Source: a bacterium
GTDB lineage: Bacteria > Acidobacteriota > Blastocatellia > HR10
Direction: 5' to 3'
Assembly (NCBI GenBank): GCA_041640655.1
Contig: JBEPZV010000003.1
Coordinates: 64,001 to 128,000, forward strand
DNA length: 64,000 bases
Positions 48,318-56,409 of this stretch are shown one piece after another. Position 1 is the stretch's first letter. Every line of letters starts with the position of its first letter. The position numbers and the translations under genes were made by a program. The notes beneath the pieces are model-generated. The model was not told the DNA's origin, made no database searches, and was given only the letters and a program-made list of their open reading frames with translations.

Positions 48318-49604
48318 ATGGGTTTTGATCTGGCATCGCCGGACTTCTGGAATCGGGAGGCGCTGGAGGCCGAGTTGCGCCGCGTCTTCGATATCTGCCA
48401 CGGCTGTCGGCGCTGCTTCAACCTCTGTCCCTCGTTCAATGTCCTCTTCGAGCTGATTGACGCCAAAGGCGAAGAGGTCGCCAACCTCACCCGCGCGGAT
48501 TTCACGCGGATCGTGGATCTCTGCTATCAGTGCAAGCTCTGCTTCAATCACTGTCCGTACACCCCGCCGCACCGCTGGGATATTGATTTCCCTCGGCTCA
48601 TGCTGCGAGCCAAGGCCGTGGAGGCGCGCGAGCGGGGGATCACGCGGCAGGATCGGTGGCTGGGGCGCACCGACGCGCTGGGACGTTTGGGGAGCCGATG
48701 GGCGCCCCTGGTGAATCTGGCCAATCGCTGGCGACCCGTCCGCGTGCTCCTGGAGAAGGTGATCGGCATTCATCGAGATCGGAATCTGCCCGAGTATCAT
48801 CGCGAGACGTTTCTCCGGTGGTTCCGCGCGTATGAACGGCGGCGAGTTGGCGCGCGCTCGGGAAATGGGAAGGTGGCGCTCTTCTACACGTGCTATGTCA
48901 ACTATCACGATCCGGCCGTCGGGCGGGCCACCGTGCGGGTCCTCGAACGCAATGGGCTGGAGGTCGCCGTCCCGGCGCAGCGGTGTTGTGGCATGCCCTT
49001 CTTGGACGGAGGCGACATCGAGTCGGCGCTCGCCAATGCGCGGGAGAACGTGCGGACGCTCATCGAATTCGTCCGAAATGGATACGATGTGGTGATCCCC
49101 GGACCGACCTGCAGTTACATGTTGAAGCACGAGTATCCCGTCCTCCTCAAAGGTGAGGACGTTCGTCGCGTCGCCGAACGCAGCTTCGACCTCGGCGAGT
49201 ATCTCATGAAGCTTCACAGCGAAGGGCGGCTCGATACTCGTTTCGACCGGGCGGCTCCGCAGCGGATCGCCTATCATCTCCCCTGTCACCTGCGCGCTCA
49301 GAACATCGGCTACAAGTCGCGGGACCTCATGCACCTGATCCCCGGAACGCGCGTTCAGGTGATCGAGCGATGCGCGGGGATTGATGGAACGTGGGGGCTC
49401 AAACGGGAATATTATCCCCTCTCGCTCAAAGTCGCCGACAAGCTCTTCCGTGAGATCGAAGGCGAACCGTTCGATCTGGTCGTCTCCGACTGTCCGCTGG
49501 CGGGATTGCAGATCGCGCAGGGAACCCGGAGGCGTCCCCTCCACCCCATTCAGGTCCTGGCGCGCGCCTATGGTTTAGAAGATGAGGGAGGAGAGCGACC
49601 ATGA
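48318..49604 (+). CDS. Rubrerythrin-associated Fe-S oxidoreductase (4Fe-4S plus CCG domains, GlpC/HdrD-like)
   Basis: CHGCRRCFNLC, CYQCKLCFNHCP, CCGMP, HLPCH, CAGIDG, SDCP. Confidence 0.9.
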   Translation: MGFDLASPDFWNREALEAELRRVFDICHGCRRCFNLCPSFNVLFELIDAKGEEVANLTRADFTRIVDLCYQCKLCFNHCPYTPPHRWDIDFPRLMLRAKAVEARERGITRQDRWLGRTDALGRLGSRWAPLVNLANRWRPVRVLLEKVIGIHRDRNLPEYHRETFLRWFRAYERRRVGARSGNGKVALFYTCYVNYHDPAVGRATVRVLERNGLEVAVPAQRCCGMPFLDGGDIESALANARENVRTLIEFVRNGYDVVIPGPTCSYMLKHEYPVLLKGEDVRRVAERSFDLGEYLMKLHSEGRLDTRFDRAAPQRIAYHLPCHLRAQNIGYKSRDLMHLIPGTRVQVIERCAGIDGTWGLKREYYPLSLKVADKLFREIEGEPFDLVVSDCPLAGLQIAQGTRRRPLHPIQVLARAYGLEDEGGERP

Positions 49605-50185
49605 GGAAGATCACACGGGATGATGTGCGCGACATCGCCGAATACGAGAAGATCCGCCATCAATTTCGGCGCGCGATCATCGAATTGAAGAAGAAGCGGC
49701 GCGTTCAGGTGGGGGATATCGTGACCCTCGTCTTCGAGAATCGCGAGACCGTCCTCTTCCAAATTCAAGAGATGATGCGCGCCGAGCGCATCGTCCACGA
49801 GGACAAGATCCAGCAGGAGATTGACATCTACAACGAGCTGATCCCCGAGGACAACGAGCTGAGCGCGACCATGCTCATCGAAATTGATGATCTCCAGGTG
49901 CTGCGCCAGTGGTTGCCGAAACTCGTCGGCATCGAGGAGCAGGTCTGGTTGCGCATCGGGGATCGGCATGTGATCCGAGCGCTGTACGAACCGGGCCGCA
50001 GTCGGGAGGATAAGACGAGCACGGTGCATTACGTGCGGTTTCGGCTGAGCCCTGAGGAGATTCGCGCCTTCAAGGATGAGGCGCAGCCGGTCGTGCTCGC
50101 CATCACGCACGAGAATTATCACGCGGAAGCGGCGATCCCCGTGGAGGTCCGGCGGGCCTTGGCCGAGGATCTGGTGCTCGAGTGA
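49601..50185 (+). CDS. DUF3501 family protein
   Basis: KKKRRVQVG...FEN.ETV.FQIQEM.RAE, YNELIP, STVHYVRF; typical third gene of the rubrerythrin cluster. Confidence 0.88.
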   Translation: MRKITRDDVRDIAEYEKIRHQFRRAIIELKKKRRVQVGDIVTLVFENRETVLFQIQEMMRAERIVHEDKIQQEIDIYNELIPEDNELSATMLIEIDDLQVLRQWLPKLVGIEEQVWLRIGDRHVIRALYEPGRSREDKTSTVHYVRFRLSPEEIRAFKDEAQPVVLAITHENYHAEAAIPVEVRRALAEDLVLE

Positions 50186-50216
50186 GCGCTCGGAGATTGC
50201 GGCAGGAGGTGTGCCG

Positions 50217-50696
50217 ATGAAACCGAACATTGGTCTCTCGGAGAAGCAACGCGCGGGGGTCGTGGAGATCCTCAATACGCTCCTGGCCGATGAGTATGTC
50301 CTCTACACGAAGACGCGGAACTATCACTGGAACGTCGTCGGGCCGCGCTTCAACGAGCTGCATCGGTTCTTCCAAGAGCAATACGAGGCGCTCGACGAGG
50401 TGGTGGATGAGGTGGCCGAGCGCGTGCGCGCGCTCGGTGGTGAAGCCCTGGGGACGTTGACGGAGTTCCTCAAGCGGACGCGGCTCAAGGAGCATCCGGG
50501 GAAGTACCCTGAAGCGCGCGCCATGCTCGCTAATCTCCTCGAGGATCACGAGGCGATCATTCGCCATCTGCGGGCGGACCTGGAGACGTGCGCCGAGAAG
50601 TATCGCGACATGGGGACGAACGATTTCCTGACCGAACTGATGCAGCGGCATGAGAAGATGGCCTGGATGCTTCGCGCGTTCCTCGAAGAGGAGTAA
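50217..50696 (+). CDS. dps: Dps family DNA-protecting ferritin-like protein
   Basis: KTRNYHWNVVG, LH.FF..QY, DEVAER, HEKMAWML; AGGAGG RBS. Confidence 0.96.
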   Translation: MKPNIGLSEKQRAGVVEILNTLLADEYVLYTKTRNYHWNVVGPRFNELHRFFQEQYEALDEVVDEVAERVRALGGEALGTLTEFLKRTRLKEHPGKYPEARAMLANLLEDHEAIIRHLRADLETCAEKYRDMGTNDFLTELMQRHEKMAWMLRAFLEEE

Positions 50697-50734
50697 GCGA
50701 GCCCCTGGAGGCCTTCTTCTCCCTGAGGCGTTTT

Positions 50735-51457
50735 GTGCGCGAGCCGTCCATCCGGCGGATCCGGTGCTGGAGCGTGGGGATCGGCGTCCTGCTGGTGGCG
50801 GGTCTCATTCGGACCCACGCCGCATGGGGACAGCGGACGCCGACATTCCGGGCGCTCTCCGGCTACGTCGTGGACGAGCAGTTCTCGGCCTTGCGGCGCG
50901 AGCCCGCGCTGAAGGGGCGCATCATCCAGCGGCTGCGCCTCGGACGATGGGTCGCCGTCTTGAACGAGCGGCGTCAGGTTGACGGTGTGACGTTCTATCG
51001 CGTGGCGACGACACGGCGCACGCGCGGCTGGCTCCATGAGTGGGCGATCGTTATGCCGGCGCGTCGCGGTGACGATCGCCGCCTGCTCGAATTGATCGAG
51101 CAGGCGGAAGGGTTCCGTCGGTTGCAGCTCGCCCGCATTCTGATCGCGCATTTCGAGCGCTCGCCGCTTCGTCCGCGAGCGCTCGTGATCTTCGCCGAAG
51201 AGGCGGAGCGCGCGGCTCAGGAGCTGACGGCTCATCTCAAACGACGATTTCGCGATCTCGATGCGGAGGTGGCCCTTCGACGTCAACTCTATCTCAACGA
51301 TGTGAGCCTCGATCGGTATAACCGCTTGGGGATCACCTTCGATTACGATGAGCGCGAGGATCGGCTCCGCTATGACGGCTGGGCCTATCGCGAGCTTCTC
51401 GCCCGGTATCCGCGAAGCGCGGAGGCGGCCCTGGTGCGTGAACGCCTGAGGCCATAG
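50735..51457 (+). CDS. Hypothetical exported protein (SH3-like N-terminal part, helical C-terminal part)
   Basis: Signal-like N-terminus; SALRREP...IIQRL, FYRV...RGW resembles bacterial SH3. Confidence 0.65.
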   Translation: MREPSIRRIRCWSVGIGVLLVAGLIRTHAAWGQRTPTFRALSGYVVDEQFSALRREPALKGRIIQRLRLGRWVAVLNERRQVDGVTFYRVATTRRTRGWLHEWAIVMPARRGDDRRLLELIEQAEGFRRLQLARILIAHFERSPLRPRALVIFAEEAERAAQELTAHLKRRFRDLDAEVALRRQLYLNDVSLDRYNRLGITFDYDEREDRLRYDGWAYRELLARYPRSAEAALVRERLRP

Positions 51458-51535
51458 CCTCGGTTGCCCCATATCGGGATTTCCTGCTATCTTTCGCCGA
51501 GCGCGAAGCATCATGACAAAGGAGGGATGCGTGCT

Positions 51536-51724
51536 ATGCCATCGGGAATTTGCCCGGAATGCGATGGTGAGGTGCATGTCTCATCGGACGTCGAGATTGG
51601 GGATTTCGTGACGTGTCCGGAGTGCGAGGCCGAGTTGGAGGTGATCGAGGTGGATCCGTTGGAATTCGAAGTGGCCTCGGAGCCGGAGGAGGATTTCCTG
51701 GAGGAGGAGGACGAGGAGTGGTGA
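51536..51724 (+). CDS. LysW-like zinc-ribbon protein with non-canonical C-terminus
   Basis: CPEC, GDFVTCPECEAELEV...DP, acidic tail ending EEW rather than EDWGE; AAGGAGG RBS. Confidence 0.8.
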   Translation: MPSGICPECDGEVHVSSDVEIGDFVTCPECEAELEVIEVDPLEFEVASEPEEDFLEEEDEEW

Positions 51725-51728
51725 CCGA

Positions 51729-52682
51729 TCACCCTTGAGGGGCGAGATAGCCCCGCCGACTCTGCCGCACGATGAGGCCCGGACGACGGACCGTCACCGT
51801 GATCTGGTGGAATCGTCCATCCTGTCGGTGCTCCAAGGGGGGATAGTACGCGAGGGTGTAACTGGCGCGGATCTCCTCGGCGATGGCTCGAAAGATGGGG
51901 GTGAAGTCGCGCTCCTCGGCCGAGAAATCACGCCCACCCGTTTGCCGCACAATTCCTGAGGCATCGAGCAAAGTGGGGACGCGCCTCCGCCCGGTGACCG
52001 AGAGGACATAGGAGGGCAACGTGATCGAGTAGATCGTCACGTCAGCGGCATTCGCCCGGTGGATCACCTCGGTGTGAGGGATCGTGCTCGTGTAATCGAA
52101 TCCATCGGTGATGACGATGATGACGCGGCGGACTGTCCGCCCATCGCGCCGTCGCGGGGCGTCGCGGCTCAACAGGGTGATGGCTCGATCCAGCGCATCA
52201 TAGAGGCGTGTTCGTCCGCCGACCTCGCGGGCCCTCTCGAACGCGCGCTCGATGCGGGTGGGATCACTCGTGAACTTCTGAAAGATGCGGATGCGATCGT
52301 TGAAGCCGATGACGGCGAAGACGGACCCCGGATGGATCAGGCTGATGAACTGGCGCGCCGCGTGCTGCTGCTCGGCGATTTGCGGGCCGACGCTGCCCGA
52401 GGTATCCAGAGCGAAGACGACGGCCAGGGGGCGAGAGAGTTCGGGTCGAATCTGCGCCTCGAAGAAGGCGATCGGTTGCGGGATCCCGTCATGCCACAAC
52501 TCGAAGTCCTCTTTCTGAAGATCGGTCACGTAGTTCCCTTCGGCGTCCAGGACAGTGACCTCCACCGTCACGAGATCGCTCCGCAGGGCGATTTGCGCAG
52601 ATGCTCCTCTCGTCCCCAAGGTGAGGAGCACAAGCAGGAGCCCGCTCACCATGCGCCACACTCCGCTCGCCACGCCGAACAT
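51729..52682 (-). CDS. VWA domain protein (acidobacterial type), secreted
   Basis: V.VTVLD..G.YVTDL..EDF, DTSGS MIDAS, T.LYDA, ITDG.D, TGG, Y.LAY.P, R.GY. Confidence 0.9.
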   Translation of the reverse strand: MFGVASGVWRMVSGLLLVLLTLGTRGASAQIALRSDLVTVEVTVLDAEGNYVTDLQKEDFELWHDGIPQPIAFFEAQIRPELSRPLAVVFALDTSGSVGPQIAEQQHAARQFISLIHPGSVFAVIGFNDRIRIFQKFTSDPTRIERAFERAREVGGRTRLYDALDRAITLLSRDAPRRRDGRTVRRVIIVITDGFDYTSTIPHTEVIHRANAADVTIYSITLPSYVLSVTGRRRVPTLLDASGIVRQTGGRDFSAEERDFTPIFRAIAEEIRASYTLAYYPPLEHRQDGRFHQITVTVRRPGLIVRQSRRGYLAPQG

Positions 52683-52804
52683 CTTAGCAAATCTCGCGGG
52701 GATCTGCAGGGCGCAACGCCTCGTTCGAACTCGCCCTCTCGGCCGAGACGCTTTGCGCTCGCGGTGAGCTATGCTATGCTTTTCCCCCGCATGGAGATGG
52801 AGCG

Positions 52805-53449
52805 ATGAGGCGAGCGGCCTGGGGGCTCACTCTTGTTCTCAGTCTCTCGCTCTCTGTGGCAGGAGCGATTCAGGAGATCTCTCGGCGTGGAGGGATCACC
52901 GGGTGGGTGAAGGACGAGCAGGGGCAACCGGTGGCGCGCGCGAAGGCTCGCGCCATTGAACCCAGGACGAATCGAACTGTTGCCGAGGCGATGACCGATG
53001 AGGAGGGGAAGTTCGTCCTCTCGAACCTCACTCCCGGTCGCTATGCGCTTCTGGTCTCATCTCCTGATCATGAGCCGGCTCTCGTTCGATCCGTTGAGGT
53101 CAAGTCCGGGCAGGAGACGGTGCTCAAATCCCCCGTTCGACTCCGGCGGGCCGAAGCCTATGCGGTGATCAGCGGAGCGACGTTTGATCCGAACGGGTTC
53201 CTTCTGCCGGGCGTTCGCGTCGTGCTCGAGCGCCTCCCGCTGGACGCGGAGAAGGTGCCGCCGCTTCGGCTGGAGCAGGTCTCCAACTCCAGCGGGGAAT
53301 TCGCGTTCCGCGTCCCGGGCGAGCGCGGTCGCTATCGTCTCACGGCGACGGCGCGCGGTTATGAGCCGGACGTCCAAATCGTAGAGGTGGGCGGATTAGA
53401 GCGCCGTCGCGTCGCCCTGCGGTTGAAGGCACGCCCTCGCGAGAAGTGA
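52805..53449 (+). CDS. Carboxypeptidase-regulatory-like domain protein, secreted
   Basis: Signal peptide; two G.I.G.V.D..G...TD..G.F...PG.Y domains. Confidence 0.82.
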   Translation: MRRAAWGLTLVLSLSLSVAGAIQEISRRGGITGWVKDEQGQPVARAKARAIEPRTNRTVAEAMTDEEGKFVLSNLTPGRYALLVSSPDHEPALVRSVEVKSGQETVLKSPVRLRRAEAYAVISGATFDPNGFLLPGVRVVLERLPLDAEKVPPLRLEQVSNSSGEFAFRVPGERGRYRLTATARGYEPDVQIVEVGGLERRRVALRLKARPREK

Positions 53450-53453
53450 AGCG

Positions 53454-53705
53454 ATGGAGAAGCGGACGGAATTTCTGACAGCGAAGCAGTTGGCCGAGCT
53501 GCTTCAGGTCAGCGAGGCGACGATTCACCGCTTGCGGCGCCGTGGGCGAATCCCGGCCATCGTGCTCACCAAGCGCCTGATTCGATTCAATCTGCGCGAT
53601 GTCAAGGCGGCTCTCGGCTGCGGGCGCGGCCGCGCGGCGGAGGAGGAGCCGCCCTCGGCCGAGCAGCTCTCGTTCGACGACGTCTTCGCGGGGTTTCGGA
53701 ATTAA
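53454..53705 (+). CDS. Excisionase-like helix-turn-helix DNA-binding protein
   Basis: FLTAKQLAELLQVSEATIHRL...GRIPA, IRF....V. Confidence 0.85.
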   Translation: MEKRTEFLTAKQLAELLQVSEATIHRLRRRGRIPAIVLTKRLIRFNLRDVKAALGCGRGRAAEEEPPSAEQLSFDDVFAGFRN

Positions 53706-53717
53706 GCAACATTTTCG

Positions 53718-53746
53718 TTGACAAACTCTCCGATGGCCTCTATCAT
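53718..53746 (+). promoter_or_regulatory. Near-consensus sigma70 promoter of the PuuD-like/DsrEFH/TusA operon
   Basis: TTGACA(53718)-N17-TATCAT(53741). Confidence 0.8.
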
Positions 53747-53886
53747 CTCTCGGCGTGAGGCCCACCATGTTCGCGAGGCCGGTGAAACGCGGATGGAGTG
53801 GCGTCCGAGCCCTGTGGGGCTGTGCCGGCCGAGGTCGGCCCGAGCCGAGCAGACTCCGAGGCCGATTCGGATAGAAAGGAGGCGAT

Positions 53887-54699
53887 ATGGCGACACTGGG
53901 GCTCGTCGCAGGAGTGGTGCTGCTGATGTGGATTGTCGGGCCGGAGCCCGAAAGCTCTACGTTTCACGCTCCGGATGCCACGGCGACGTTCAAGATCTTC
54001 CTTCGATGGGCGCACTTCGTCGCGGGGATCACCTGGATCGGGCTCCTCTATTTCTTCAACCTGGTGAACGTGCCGTTTCTGCAGCGGCTCGATCCGCAGA
54101 CGCGGGGGAAGGTCGTCCCGATCCTCATGCCGCGAGCCCTGTGGTTCTTCCGCTGGGGCGCGATCGTGACCGTCTTGGTCGGGTTGACCTACTATGCGAT
54201 GTACATCCTCCATACGGAGGCCCAGAATGCGGGGATCGGCACCTGGAGCACGCTCTTCAAATGGCTGGCCATTGTGGTGGTGACGTGGGGGATCATCTAC
54301 GCGCTGCTGCAGCCGGTCTCGGGGGCGCTCAATAAGGGCTGGGTCCTCGCGGTCATCGTCATCGCGCTGATCCTGGTCATGTCGGGGGTGATCATCCGGA
54401 TGCTCAGCGCGCCTGGTCCCACGGGGGAGACGCTCGGCAACAAATCGCTCTCCATTGGTCTGGGCGGCGGGTACGGGATCATCATGCTCTTGAACGTGTG
54501 GGGGGTGATCTGGCGGGCGCAGAAGCGGATCATCGCCTGGACCAAGGAGAGCGCGGAGCAGGGGACGCCCATGCCGCCGGAGTCGGCCAAGCTCGCGCGG
54601 CGAGCCTTCTTGGCGTCGCGCATGAACGCGTGGCTCTCGCTCCCGATGCTCTTCTTCATGGGGACGTCTCACGGCGACTACATCTGGTTCGCGAAGTAA
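53887..54699 (+). CDS. DUF989/urate hydroxylase PuuD N-terminal-like membrane protein (no cytochrome c domain)
   Basis: LRWAHFVAGITWIGLLYFFN, ALWFFRWGA..T, IMLLNVWGVIW..QKRII, SR.N..LS.PMLFFM..SH; no CxxCH. Confidence 0.82.
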   Translation: MATLGLVAGVVLLMWIVGPEPESSTFHAPDATATFKIFLRWAHFVAGITWIGLLYFFNLVNVPFLQRLDPQTRGKVVPILMPRALWFFRWGAIVTVLVGLTYYAMYILHTEAQNAGIGTWSTLFKWLAIVVVTWGIIYALLQPVSGALNKGWVLAVIVIALILVMSGVIIRMLSAPGPTGETLGNKSLSIGLGGGYGIIMLLNVWGVIWRAQKRIIAWTKESAEQGTPMPPESAKLARRAFLASRMNAWLSLPMLFFMGTSHGDYIWFAK

Positions 54700-54807
54700 C
54701 TGTCGGCTGCAGGCGGTGAACGTGCGTGAGGCGCGGGAGCCCGCCTCGCGCGGACAGGGCGGGCTTCAAGAGGGGTGTGTGCGCAATAGGTCAGAGGAGG
54801 GGAGAGG

Positions 54808-55134
54808 ATGAGCCGATATTTGATCGTCACCAGTCGCGACCTTCACGAGTATGCGAGCAGCTCGTACATTCTGGAGCTGGCGGGATCGTTGAAGAATCGC
54901 GGGCACGAGGTCACGCTCTATCTGGTCGAGAACGGCGTCCTCGCTGCTCGAAAGGGGGCGCAGCTGGCCGCGCGGTTGAACGAGCTGAGTCGGGCGGGCG
55001 TGACGGTGCTCGCCGAGGACGTCTCGGCCAAGGCCCGGGGCATCGAGCAGTTGGCCGAGGGCGTGCGCCTCTCGAACATGGATGAGTTGGCGGACCTTGT
55101 CGTGGACGGCTGCGACAAGGTCATCTGGTATTAG
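54808..55134 (+). CDS. DsrE/DsrF/DsrH-family protein (DsrH/TusB-like)
   Basis: VTLYLVENGVLAA, VLAEDVSAKARGI, KVIWY; no Cys at the DsrE catalytic position. Confidence 0.8.
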   Translation: MSRYLIVTSRDLHEYASSSYILELAGSLKNRGHEVTLYLVENGVLAARKGAQLAARLNELSRAGVTVLAEDVSAKARGIEQLAEGVRLSNMDELADLVVDGCDKVIWY

Positions 55135-55216
55135 CGCACCCCGCGAGGGGGCGCGTCTTGATCCGCGCGAGGTGATCCTCGGCGCGGGGATCTCGAGGAG
55201 GGAGGAGGTGAGCGTC

Positions 55217-55642
55217 ATGGCGCAACCCAATGGCGCGAAGACCGTCGCCATCGTCCTGGCGACCGGATCCTACGAGCGCGAGGCTCCGACGACCGTCCTC
55301 CGCTTGGCGGAGAAGTTGCTGCAGCGGGGGGTCAACGTCAACGTGTGGGCATTTGAAGAAGCCGTCACGCTGACCAATAAGGACCAGATTGATCACAGCG
55401 AGCCCGGTGCCCTGCAAGGCATCCTGGGCGAGAAGCACTCGCACGTGAGCAAGTACATTGACATGCTGCTGCGCGCGGGACTGCATGGGGCGAAGCTCGA
55501 CTGGGTCTCGTGTATCCTCTGTGTGCAGGAGCGCGGCGTGGAGAAGCACCAGATGAATGCGGTGACGATCGGAACGCTCGGTGACCTCTGGAAGTTCATC
55601 CGGGCGGCCGATCGCGTCATCACGATTCCCTCGTATCGGTGA
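55217..55642 (+). CDS. DsrE family sulfur-relay protein (DsrE/TusD-like) with CxxC
   Basis: TGSY, VNVWAFEEAV, SCILCVQERGV, GTLGDL...I..ADRVIT. Confidence 0.8.
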   Translation: MAQPNGAKTVAIVLATGSYEREAPTTVLRLAEKLLQRGVNVNVWAFEEAVTLTNKDQIDHSEPGALQGILGEKHSHVSKYIDMLLRAGLHGAKLDWVSCILCVQERGVEKHQMNAVTIGTLGDLWKFIRAADRVITIPSYR

Positions 55643-55661
55643 TCGGGGGTGAGGAGGGGCT

Positions 55662-56051
55662 ATGGCGGATAAGACGCTCGTGATCTTCGAGAAGCCGATC
55701 TACTTGTGCATGGAGCCGGTGGATCCACACCTGTTCGCCACGGCCTTCGGCGTGGTGGAGACGCCGGTCCAGGTGAACGTCCTGCTGCGCGATTCGGCCG
55801 TGACGTATGCCGTCGAGCGCCAGGACCTGAAGGGGGCGAAGATTCTCGGCGTGGATGTGCAGGAGTTCGACACCAACCCGGCTCGCGTCGTGAAGTTCAT
55901 GCTGGAGCACGGGGGACAGGTCTACGTCGTGCGCGAGGATGCCGAAGCGCGGGGGATCGCGCCCACCGATCTCGTCTCGGGCGTTCAACTCGTCTCGCGC
56001 GAGGAGACGGTAGGATTGATCGAGAACCACGATGCCGTGATGGTCTGGTGA
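55662..56051 (+). CDS. DsrE family protein (DsrF/TusC-like)
   Basis: VNVLLRDSAV.YA...Q, VYVVREDAEARGI, HDAVMVW. Confidence 0.78.
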   Translation: MADKTLVIFEKPIYLCMEPVDPHLFATAFGVVETPVQVNVLLRDSAVTYAVERQDLKGAKILGVDVQEFDTNPARVVKFMLEHGGQVYVVREDAEARGIAPTDLVSGVQLVSREETVGLIENHDAVMVW

Positions 56052-56311
56052 TGACTGAGGTGAACTGCGATCAGCTCCGCGCGGAGAAGACGCTCGACGT
56101 CCGAGGGCTCTTCAATCCGATTGATTGTCGGAGCCTCGGCGTCATCAAGCTCGCGCTCCAGGAGATGCGACCGGGGCAGGTCCTGGAAGTCTTGGCCAAC
56201 CGGTTCCAGCAGCGCGAGATTCAGGCGTGGGTGCGGAAGTTCTCCCATCGCCTCCTGCGGGAGGTGGATGAGCAGGGGCTGGTGAGGATCTACATCGAGA
56301 AAGGGCGCTGA
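56051..56311 (+). CDS. TusA/SirA-like sulfur carrier with non-canonical motif
   Basis: TLDVRGLFNPIDC, KLAL.EM.PGQVLEVLA, I.AW, IYIEK; TGATG coupling to the upstream gene. Confidence 0.8.
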   Translation: MTEVNCDQLRAEKTLDVRGLFNPIDCRSLGVIKLALQEMRPGQVLEVLANRFQQREIQAWVRKFSHRLLREVDEQGLVRIYIEKGR

Positions 56312-56409
56312 CGTGGACGACGCCTGTTGTCGGGGTATTGAGGACGCGCGCGGAGATCGAGAGGCTCTCGGTGAGGGAGGGGGCGTCTCCTCCATAAGGG
56401 GGTCGGCGG

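Noticed and set aside
48318..49604. glpC (anaerobic G3P dehydrogenase subunit C) partnering glpD
   Set aside because: No glpB is present, and its position between rubrerythrin and DUF3501 identifies it as the rubrerythrin-associated Fe-S oxidoreductase
53454..53705. Prophage or integrative element marked by an excisionase
   Set aside because: No integrase, tRNA target, att repeats or phage genes, and no obvious compositional shift
53887..54699. Functional urate oxidase PuuD
   Set aside because: Lacks the C-terminal cytochrome c (no CxxCH) and no purine-degradation genes are adjacent; kept only as PuuD-like
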